Assembly: GCA_043228905.1 (NCBI GenBank)
Contig: JBHGNT010000011.1
Span: forward strand, 20,584,001-20,648,000
DNA length: 64,000 nt
From: Azolla caroliniana
Taxonomy: Eukaryota > Plantae > Polypodiophyta
Direction: 5' to 3'
Below the pieces are notes generated by a model. The model saw nothing but the letters and a program-made list of their open reading frames with translations, was not told where the DNA came from and ran no database searches. Position numbers and translations under genes: made by a program. This document shows positions 41,086-52,500 of the stretch, piece after piece (the first letter of the stretch is position 1; each line of letters starts with the position of its first letter).

Positions 41086-41918
41086 GTAATGTCCACAATG
41101 GTTTACTTGAGGATCAACATGTGATTGTTGGAGTGCATGATGTGACTCCATAAGTGTGATTCTCTAGAAATAGGCATGACTTGTCATGTTGGAAAGTGTT
41201 TCACAACATAGTTTATGCGCATGTGATATGGAAATGTGGAACAAACTCAACCAAGGACGAGAAAACGTATATATGAGTGGATGGTGTACAAGCACTATAA
41301 GCCTCCCAAATTGTAGAGTTCATGTATGTTGAGACGTAGGATATGACAATTGGCTCAACAAATCATTGAGGGATTGAAGCACATGGAGACAACAATAGAC
41401 CCACCACCCTCAACAGTCTTGTGCTCTTAATTCAACTCGTTGACAAAGGGAGGACATAAAAAATGCTCGATTATGATGAAGACAACCAGAGCTCCAATGG
41501 AGAGGATTTTATGTTAAAAAGGCAAGCAATCAAACGAACCAACAAATCTACATTCCACGGGTAGCAATGTCAACTCTTGGAGCAACAAGAAGCAACCTAA
41601 TATGGCATTATCTAGCATTGGAGGCAGAACAAAATGTTCACATCAAAATGACGTAGTGCGAATCCTCTACGACAACCTTAACAATGTTCAACTTGCGGGG
41701 GAGTCCTTGCTAGTGATGCTACTATTGCGAAGAACATATCTACTAGTGCACACGTTCACGTAAGATCCCACACGAGTGGGTTTATGGTGGAAACCATATT
41801 TGAGGGTGCATCACCAAAAGAGGAAGAATATCATTCCTATTATGAAGGCCCTTACAAAGTGGATAAACTAAGACCAAAATTTCAAAGGTACTTTATCTTT
41901 AGAATTAGACTCAGTCAT

Positions 41919-41949
<31 letters not shown>

Positions 41950-41952
<3 letters not shown>

Positions 41953-42310
41953 CAATTGACAACAATTCAGTTTGAGAGTGTCAAAACCGAATTGTTTAAT
42001 TTTTTTGAAACCTGAACCGAACCACGAAACCGTTAAATTGAACCATTAAACCTTTTTTCAAACTGTTAAAACTGTGGTTCGGTTTCGGTTTTCAACTTAG
42101 GTCAAATTTAAAATTTAAAGATGTTCCTAAAATGTGAGAATAAGGTCTAAAAATGAAAAGATTGTTTAAAAAACAAAATAAAAATAAAAAATACAAAAAA
42201 GTGTTAATTTAACCGTTTAAACCGCAGTTTCTGACTATTAAAACCAAACCGTTTTGAAAAACCTAAACTTGAACCGAGGTTCGGTTGAACCGAACCGTTG
42301 CCGATTATTA
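41950..42310. mobile_element. hAT-type MITE, same family, left TIR decayed
   Basis: Left TAACAATTGACAACAATTCAG (degenerate TIR), right CCGTTGCCGATTATTA; sits in a (CT)n tract giving an apparent TSD CTCTCTCT. Confidence 0.75.
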
Positions 42311-42419
42311 CTCTCTCTCTCTCTCTCTAGCTATACTAGCTCATGGTATAGCATGATGGTGAGTTAGCTTCTTGCGAAAGGTCTAGACATTAATAACCTC
42401 CCTCCCCTTAGGTACAACC

Positions 42420-43440
42420 ACGCGATTGATAACACTTTAATCTCTCGCAAGTACCGCAATAAAGTAATATGCCAAGAAATATGACAAATTTACACTCGGT
42501 ATAAATGGATCTCCCCATTATAGCCACTCCCATCTAAAATGGTGTACTATAAGCAACACTTCATGCACTTCTCTAAGTTAGGTTTTATTACGCGACCATA
42601 CTATCTAGATGTATTCTTTCCACGTGCACTAAGGGTTGCCATTGGACAACTTAGAATATCATCTCACCAACTTGAGATTGAGAATGGTCGCACTAATGGA
42701 GTCCCTAGAGAGGAAAGGATATATAGGTTATGCCACATAGAGATAGAGGATGAGTACCACTTTGCATGCAAGTGTCCCACCTATGTCGAGTTGAGGGCAA
42801 AATACCAAGACATACTTGGTTCCTCTCCTACTCTCCCCAAACTATTTGATACTCTATATATAAAGAAATTAGACGGATACATCCTAAAGCTAAAACAACA
42901 TAGAGAGAATAAGTTATAAAATGCTGAGAATAATGTTGCTAATGTTCACCAACATGTAAGCAATGAAGTTTTTCAGGTACAGGGGGAGACAACGAATGTC
43001 GACGCACCTGCACCACTCGGCCTTTTCCTTGATGAAGCAGAAAACCAAAGAAGAACCAAACGCCCATCGGATGCCGAGTTTCAAAGCAACTCGACGTGGT
43101 GTAGAAGCAATAAAGAAAAGAAGGGAACATGAGCTACACCGCCTAGAAGCCATGGCTGGGGCACTCTATACACTGAGACCCTAGGTCACACCCACACCAA
43201 AACCCGTTGACCTCCCACTTCTTTTCGAGAGGCTTGGGTGGAAATGAAATTAGGCGTAGTGCAAAGTCACTTCCTTTTATCGAGCATACCACGTTTTGTA
43301 TACTACTAGAACTCTTTTAGTTTAAGTTCTATTTTTACTTTGTTTTATTTTAGTTCTGATGATGATTGGATAAATACCGTAGTAGAACTCTTTTAGTTTA
43401 AGTTCTATTTTTACTTTGTTTTATTTTGTTGTAAACCAAC
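42420..43440 (+). mobile_element. LINE 3' remnant with RTEX/L2/CR1-type C-terminal Cys/His motif
   Basis: ORF 42539-42919: GQLRISSHQLEIENGR..PREERIYRLC..EDEYHF..KCPTY..LR. Boundaries approximate. Confidence 0.7.
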
Positions 43441-43519
43441 TGTATTAAGACAAGACGTTAATATATCTTTCTTTCTTTCTCTCTCTTTCTCTCTTATATC
43501 TCATTCTTCTGTGTGGCGC

Positions 43520-43563
<44 letters not shown>

Positions 43564-46500
43564 ATGGATGTAGCAGTATTGCACCCTCGCTTCTTCTGCT
43601 GCTTCAACAGAAGAACTCAACCCGTGGTGGCAAGAAGAAACAGAGCATCCCGCCCCATCATCTCATCTTCTTCTTCATCCGCTTCGTCGGCTGAAACCTC
43701 TCTTGCTCGCGATGATCTCCTCGCTCTCCTCTCCCACCAGAATCGAGGTCTCTCTACTCAGAGGAACCCTAGCAGGAGAGCCGAGATAGTGCGATCCATC
43801 CACGCCCTCCAGTCTTTGCAGCAAGGGACGATCTCAACTGTCGGCCATGACAAGCTCTCTGCGACGTGGAGGATGCTGTGGACCACGGAGAAAGAGCAAC
43901 TTTTCATCATTGAGAAGGCCGGACTCTTCGGAACTGAAGCTGGTGACATCTTGCAGGTATGTCTATGACATCGATATTTATTCCTATATTTATGGATGCT
44001 TGTTTCGATGTATATGTACGGATGTTTGTTTGGATATGTATATATGCATGCATGGATGGATATACTTGTCTATATCCATGGATGGATGGATAAATATGCA
44101 TATTGTTTCTTTATCCCACTGAGCTAAGGATGCATAGATAGATATGTTTATAATCATGGGTATGAATGTGCATGAATAGATGGATGCATACATATATAAA
44201 TATGTGTGTATGTATATATGCATGTATACATACATGGATATATATATATAGATGTGCGTGGATATATCTATAGATGGGCATGAACGGATAAATTTCTATA
44301 CTATCAAAGATGAGACCTCTTTTTCTGGATTGATTTAGAAACATAAATATAAATTAAGTAAAACAAAAACAACAGTAAAAACAGAAATGGATATAGCAAT
44401 AGCAACAAAATAAATAAGTACAAAACGAATCCAAATAAGAATATAAACATCATCTAGTTGTGGGGATACTTAACAATCGGCAACGGTTCGGTTCGAGAGT
44501 GTCAAACTCAAATTGTTTAAACCGAACCATTACAAAAAAATTCAAGCTCAAACCAAACGGTTTTAGAGACTTTCAAACCTTTAAACAGTTAAAACCGCGG
44601 TTGCACAGTTCGGTTTTGGTTTTCAAGTTAGGTCAAAATTCAAAATTTGACATTTTAAATTAATTTTTTTTCAATCTTTTAAATTTTAAATTTCCAAAAT
44701 ATAAAGATTTTTCTTAAAAGATCAAAATTAGGCTTAAAATGTTAAAAACATATTTAAGAAATTTATTGAGTGTCAATCCTAAACCATCAAATCGTTTGAT
44801 TTGTGGTTTGAAACCATTCAAACTGAAAACTGTTAAACCGATAAAGGCTCAAACCAAATCAAAACCAAATTTTTCACAAAAAATTTAACCTGAATCCAAC
44901 TGAACCGAACCGTTCAAACTGTTAAGCCGTGGTTTTGCGGTTCCCGAACCGTTGCCGATTGTTAGGGATACTACATCTGCATGTACTGGTCATGAAGTCT
45001 TAATCCTTAGGTGAATTTAAATACAATGTTGAATAACCTATGGAAGGACTTCATCTATCAGACACTATTTGTTGCTATTTGGCATGAATTGAATAACTTA
45101 TTATTTTCTACGTAAAGTATGTGCACTATATAAGTTATGGCTATACATCTATGTGACCATTGTCTCACTCTCAACAATGCTTTTATATTTGCCTCAATGA
45201 GATGGGGCATAAGCTCTGTAGATCAGAAGTCTCATGGTGGAGAAGACTTGCCGTTTATGATTGCAATGTAAAATTGGCCATGGGTAAAGATTGACTCAGA
45301 AAGGTGGATGCCCATGTGGGAAACAAGTTGGCCTTCAGACTTGTTAATTGTTAAGGCAAAGCCGAAACAATTGGGAACTGTTTGCACTTGCTCTGGAACA
45401 GCAATCTCATATTTGCTGGTCGTTAGTGATGATTTCAGCTTTGATGATGTTATGACGGAAGGTTCGACAGAGAAGTTTTTTCATGCAGGTTCATGTTATA
45501 GATGCACATAACAAGGACTTTGATGTTTAGTTTTAGCTTGTGCTGGAAGCCTTCCATGAGTGGTTGAATAGAGGAATTCTTGAGAGTTGACGTTGTGTTC
45601 TACTAAGCCAAAGCTATAACAAGTATGCACCTCCACACAGCATTTGCATAAGATCACCTAGTTAATTGCATCTACATAATCATGCTTTGAGTCAAGGATT
45701 GTGTGAGAAGTGATGAATTCCAACTCATGATCTTTTGTAGAGATTGCTCCTTAAATCTTTCTTCAACATGTTGGCCTCATCAAAGACAAAATCTCTGTTG
45801 ATGACCTCCTTCTTTGATTCCTAATCCAAAAATTCATACCCTTTTACATTTTTGGGATAGCAGATTGCATCTGTACCTCATCCATGCATCGCATAGTGTA
45901 TACATGTAGGCTGAACACCTGAAAATATGTAAATTAGAGTTGTTGACTGGTCTACGTATCCATGCCTTGTCAGAAACTTTGAAGTTAATAGTTGAACATG
46001 GGAACCAGTTTATTGTTGGAGGGTGGCAGCTCCAGACCTGCACTCTCTTTCATCTTTATTATCTCTGTACTACATTCTCTCTCTTCCCAGATTCTTCTCT
46101 CTCTAGAATCTGCAACTCTTTAAATGTCTTCGCTCTCTAGAATCTCCAACGCTTTAAATGCCTTTTCTCTCTTCCACTTTTTCCAAGATATTCCATTTTT
46201 ATTCCTAGTTTATGTACCTGTTTAGTAGTACAAGAGTCTCTTAACTACCAAACAACCATTCCCAATTTTGTATAAATAGGCTTATACCAGCCTCTTTTGT
46301 AATGAGATTATTTTTAGCTGCTACTTACAAACAAGCACAACTCTTTGACTGTGTCCCTACTCTTTCCAACCATTTTTTCTACTGCTGTCTAACAGGCATC
46401 TCACAGCTTGGCTGTATCTATTCTGTTCTAACAGGCATCTCACAGCTTTTCTCACATTTATGAAATAGTCAATTGTGCTTATTGCAAAAGTCTTTCCTGA

Positions 46501-49500
46501 TGTGCGAGGAGGTGCTGAAACCAACCCTTTTCTACTTTCCCATTAAATTTGTATAACTCCAACATACATGGTTCTTTTTCCTCGTTTCTATTCGACCTCA
46601 GGTTCATAAATGTGAAGAGGGAGTGAATCTAGGGCTTGGACGGCCTTGAACTCATCTCGGGAATCTCGGATGATCAAGGCCGTCCAAGCACAAATAAAAA
46701 TAAAAACAAATAAAAACAAATAAGAAAAAATAAAAAGCAAAAAAACATTAAAAAACAAAAATGAAAAGTAAGAGAGAGAAAACTATTTTGGGGTCTATTT
46801 GGGGGAAATTCAAAATCGTGAATTTTTGTGTCTTCTTCTCTGTTTCCTCGCTTCTCTGTTTCCTCGTCGAGCACCCTGATTTCTTTATCATACGCAAGAA
46901 TAACCTAATTTCTGTGTCTTCTTCTCTTTATCACAAGCAAGAATCACAGGTGTGCAAATAAACTTTTCTCCACTTATGAACATGATGGATTTCTATTTTA
47001 CCCCATACATATTTATGCTTTTTTCTGTTTTTTCATTTAGGGTTCAAAATCGACATATTCTGTGTCTTCTTCTCTCTTTCCTCGTCGACCACTTCTCTAT
47101 CGTCTTTTTCTCTGTTTTCATTATTATGTCACCAAACATTATATGTTTTCATTATTATCTCATGATATTGAGACATAAAAAGGGAAATAGTAATTTGGTA
47201 AAGTGAGATAGGAGAAGTGATATATGAAACATGATATTGAGACATAAAGAGGGAAACAGAAAATTGGTAAAGAGAGATAGGAGAAATGAGCACTATGAGC
47301 ACATACTAGAAAGATATTGAGTAAAACATGCACTTATATTCCCTTTTACCAAATTTTGTTTGCATACTTACTCTTGCTTTTATTTTCGTGGTTTCAATCT
47401 TTAATGTCAAACTTGAATATTATGTGTGTTTAGGGGCATGAACGATGTTCGACTTAAATAGAAGTCCATCACATTGTTCTACCTCTTATGCAATTGAGGA
47501 ACACGATACGAATGCTTCGCATGATGCATGGGTGTCATTAGATGAGAGTGATATTTATACCACTAGTGATTCTGTCAATTCAGATGCACACACAACAAGT
47601 GAGAGTGCTAGTGATGATGACTCAATGGATAGTGATAATGTCAATCCAATGAATATAGATCTTGTGAAATATCCCGACGCACGCTTATTTATGCCTAAGG
47701 GTTTTTTTACCTTTAATAAAGCATGTTATCAATTAATGGTTAGTGATATATTAGGCCTTTGTAATATATCACTTGCGGTATTGAGAGATGCCAATGACGG
47801 AGTGATAGTGGATCTTAGATCATGGAAAAGAATGAAACAAGGATTAGTGTTAATGGAAGATAAAGAAATATATTTAAAGGATTCTCCTAATTTGAGGATA
47901 CCCTATGTTGAACAATGGGAAGAAATAGTGGCAAATGCCCATGTTAAAACTCGTCATTTGGGGTTAAAAGATACATTGCAAGAAATTAAAAAAGGTTGGT
48001 CCATAGACACACGATATCATGGGTTATCAAGGGTATATGTGAAAGCATGCATTGATGCATGTGGATGTCAAAACATACAAAAAACAACCCCTTTAGACAT
48101 GCAACATCATTATACAAGTAACGCCCCAAATGAAGAGTATGTAGTAGAAGAATCCATGTTGAGGGAGGTATTAGATGACATTCAAGTTAAGTACTCCACA
48201 TGCTTAAAGAAGTGTCATACAAATGCCAAATATCTAGAAAGTTATATTTGTCATCGTGGGGGAGAATCAAGAAGGGGTAGCAAATGCATTCGTCGATGTA
48301 AGACTACCAAACGATGTGGATGCACTTTTCGTGTGAATGTTCATAGGTTAATTGGAGACCGAAAACAACTCTCCATTGTTGTATACAATCAACATAGTGG
48401 CCATGACCCAAGTGCACCACATGAGGTATACCATTTAAAGGTGCATCCAAATGTCATTAAATGTTGTATGGATGATCTTTTTGACATTGGGTGTGCGAGG
48501 CATGTAGCACGGATAAGCATGAGAAAAGCTCTTATCGACCTCAGGTTCATAAATGTCACTATTCGACCTCAGGTTCATAAATGTGAAGAGAGAGTGAATC
48601 TAGGGCTTGGATGACCCTGAACTGTTCTTGGGAATCTTGGATGATCAGGGCCGTCCAAGCACAGAAAAAAAGATAAAGCAAAAAAAAAGAAAAAGACCTC
48701 GAAGAAAGTAAAAAAAGTAGAAAAATAGAAAAAGAAGAAGAAGAGAGAGAAAACTTTTTGGGGGAAATTCAAAATTGTGTGTGAAAATCCCCTCTCTCTC
48801 TATGGTTTTCTATTTTTATTTCTCTATTTCCCTTGCATTTCTCTGCATTTTCTTTTCTCTATTTTTATTTTTCTCTTTCCCTTCCCTTTCTTTGCGTTTT
48901 CTTTCTCTGAGTTGAAACTCTTTCTCATGTTCAAATCCCTTTCTCTCTTTATGCAAGGGTACTCAAGATGGGCGCTTACATAATCAAAACAAAATGCTAG
49001 GTATGTAGGTACTCATTATTGGTATACTCATGCAAGAATGTTTTCAATGATGTATCACATGGCAGCTCAAAACCTCTTCACATCCAATAGAAATAGATTT
49101 AGCCAGATATGCAGGTCTACAGAACACCTCTATAGAACAGATCTGCCAATCATATAGTTGGGAACTGGAGTCAGGAGAGAACCATGTTTTCTCTTGTGTC
49201 GTCTTCAAACAGAGCTTTGATTAACTGCGCTAAGTTAATAAAATACAAAGACTAACAGAGGTTAGCCCTGTTCTTGTTAGAACGCAAGAGACATACGAGA
49301 TGTTGTTGAACAACAATACAACCAAAATAGCTCATCAACTCAGAACAGTCAGTCACGGCTTCCTCATTAAAACAAGGATGTGTCGATGCATCTTCGTTTC
49401 CTCAATGAGCTAAGGGAGCTCATGGGTAGAGTGGTCTCTATTCCAAGGTTATTTAGGGGGTATCGATGAGGATGGGAAGCATCATGAAGATGGGCGGTTA

Positions 49501-52500
49501 AGTGAGGGAAAGAGAGAAAGGGATTTGAACATGAGAAAGAGATTTCAAGTGCCCTATATGCATATAGAAAGAGCAGCATTCTTTTGCTTGTTTCAACTCT
49601 GATTTGGGGGAGGGAAAGAGAGAAAGGGATTTGAACATGAGAAAGAGATTTCAAGTGCCCTATATGCATATAGAAAGAGCTGCATTCTTTTGCTTGTTTC
49701 AACTCTGATTTGGGGGAGGGAAAGAGAGAAAGGGATTTGAACATGAGAAAGAGTTTCAACTCAGAGAAAGAAAACGCAAAGAAAGGGAAGGGAAAGAGAA
49801 AAATAAAAATAGNNNNNNNNNNNNNNNNNNNNNNNNNNNNNNNNNNNNNNNNNNNNNNNNNNNNNNNNNNNNNNNNNNNNNNNNNNNNNNNNNNNNNNNN
49901 NNNNNNNNNNNNACCAAAATAGCTCATCAACTCAGAACAGTCAGTCACGGCTTCCTCATTAAAACAAGGATGTGTCGATGCATCTTCGTTTCCTCAATGA
50001 GCTAAGGGAGCTCATGGGTAGAGTGGTCTCTATTCCAAGGTTATTTAGGGGGTATCGATGAGGATGGGAAGCATCATGAAGATGGGCGGTTAAGTGAGGG
50101 AAAGAGAGAAAGGGATTTGAACATGAGAAAGAGATTTCAAGTGCCCTATATGCATATAGAAAGAGCAGCATTCTTTTGCTTGTTTCAACTCTGATTTGGG
50201 GGAGGGAAAGAGAGAAAGGGATTTGAACATGAGAAAGAGATTTCAAGTGCCCTATATGCATATAGAAAGAGCTGCATTCTTTTGCTTGTTTCAACTCTGA
50301 TTTGGGGGAGGGAAAGAGAGAAAGGGATTTGAACATGAGAAAGAGTTTCAACTCAGAGAAAGAAAACGCAAAGAAAGGGAAGGGAAAGAGAAAAATAAAA
50401 ATAGAGAAAAGAAAATGCAGAGAAATGCAAGGGAAATAGAGAAATAAAAATAGAAAACCATAGAGAGAGAGGGGATTTTCACACACAATTTTGAATTTCC
50501 CCCAAAAAGTTTTCTCTCTCTTCTTCTTCTTTTTCTATTTTTCTACTTTTTTTACTTTCTTCGAGGTCTTTTTCTTTTTTTTTGCTTTATCTTTTTTTCT
50601 GTGCTTGGACGGCCCTGATCATCCGAGATTCCCAAGAACAGTTCAGGGTCGTCCAAGCCCTAGATTCACTCTCTCTTCACATTTATGAACCTGAGGTCGA
50701 ATAGTGACATTTATGAACCTGAGGTCGATAAGAGCTTTTCTCATGCTTATCCGTGCTACATGCCTCGCACACCCAATGTCAAAAAGATCATCCATACAAC
50801 ATTTAATGACATTTGGATGCACCTTTAAATGGTATACCTCATGTGGTGCACTTGGGTCATGGCCACTATGTTGATTGTATACAACAATGGAGAGTTGTTT
50901 TCGGTCTCCAATTAACCTATGAACATTCACACGAAAAGTGCATCCACATCGTTTGGTAGTCTTACATCGACGAATGCATTTGCTACCCCTTCTTGATTCT
51001 CCCCCACGATGACAAATATAACTTTCTAGATATTTGGCATTTGTATGACACTTCTTTAAGCATGTGGAGTACTTAACTTGAATGTCATCTAATACCTCCC
51101 TCAACATGGATTCTTCTACTACATACTCTTCATTTGGGGCGTTACTTGTATAATGATGTTGCATGTCTAAAGGGGTTGTTTTTTGTATGTTTTGACATCC
51201 ACATGCATCAATGCATGCTTTCACATATACCCTTGATAACCCATGATATCGTGTGTCTATGGACCAACCTTTTTTAATTTCTTGCAATGTATCTTTTAAC
51301 CCCAAATGACGAGTTTTAACATGGGCATTTGCCACTATTTCTTCCCATTGTTCAACATAGGGTATCCTCAAATTAGGAGAATCCTTTAAATATATTTCTT
51401 TATCTTCCATTAACACTAATCCTTGTTTCATTCTTTTCCATGATCTAAGATCCACTATCACTCCGTCATTGGCATCTCTCAATACCGCAAGTGATATATT
51501 ACAAAGGCCTAATATATCACTAACCATTAATTGATAACATGCTTTATTAAAGGTAAAAAAACCCTTAGGCATAAATAAGCGTGCGTCGGGATATTTCACA
51601 AGATCTATATTCATTGGATTGACATTATCACTATCCATTGAGTCATCATCACTAGCACTCTCACTTGTTGTGTGTGCATCTGAATTGACAGAATCACTAG
51701 TGGTATAAATATCACTCTCATCTAATGACACCCATGCATCATGCGAAGCATTCGTATCGTGTTCCTCAATTGCATAAGAGGTAGAACAATGTGATGGACT
51801 TCTATTTAAGTCGAACATCGTTCATGCCCCTAAACACACATAATATTCAAGTTTGACATTAAAGATTGAAACCACGAAAATAAAAGCAAGAGTAAGTATG
51901 CAAACAAAATTTGGTAAAAGGGAATATAAGTGCATGTTTTACTCAATATCTTTCTAGTATGTGCTCATAGTGCTCATTTCTCCTATCTCTCTTTACCAAT
52001 TTTCTGTTTCCCTCTTTATGTCTCAATATCATGTTTCATATATCACTTCTCCTATCTCACTTTACCAAATTACTATTTCCCTTTTTATGTCTCAATATCA
52101 TGAGATAATAATGAAAACATATAATGTTTGGTGACATAATAATGAAAACAGAGAAAAAGACGATAGAGAAGTGGTCGACGAGGAAAGAGAGAAGAAGACA
52201 CAGAATATGTCGATTTTGAACCCTAAATGAAAAAACAGAAAAAAGCATAAATATGTATGGGGTAAAATAGAAATCCATCATGTTCATAAGTGGAGAAAAG
52301 TTTATTTGCACACCTGTGATTCTTGCTTGTGATAAAGAGAAGAAGACACAGAAATTAGGTTATTCTTGCGTATGATAAAGAAATCAGGGTGCTCGACGAG
52401 GAAACAGAGAAGCGAGGAAACAGAGAAGAAGACACAAAAATTCACGATTTTGAATTTCCCCCAAATAGACCCCAAAATAGTTTTCTCTCTCTTACTTTTC

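Noticed and set aside
46588-46700. Hammerhead ribozyme, Helitron 3' end or CACTA terminus in the hairpin module
   Set aside because: No CTGANGA..GAAA core. CTAG follows the hairpin on the opposite strand but shared sequence continues ~50 bp beyond it. CACTA occurs only at the inner modules, not the outer ones.
49321-50404. 492-bp direct duplication either side of the N run
   Set aside because: It abuts a 100-N gap and appears identical on both sides; most likely unmerged contig overlap, not biology.
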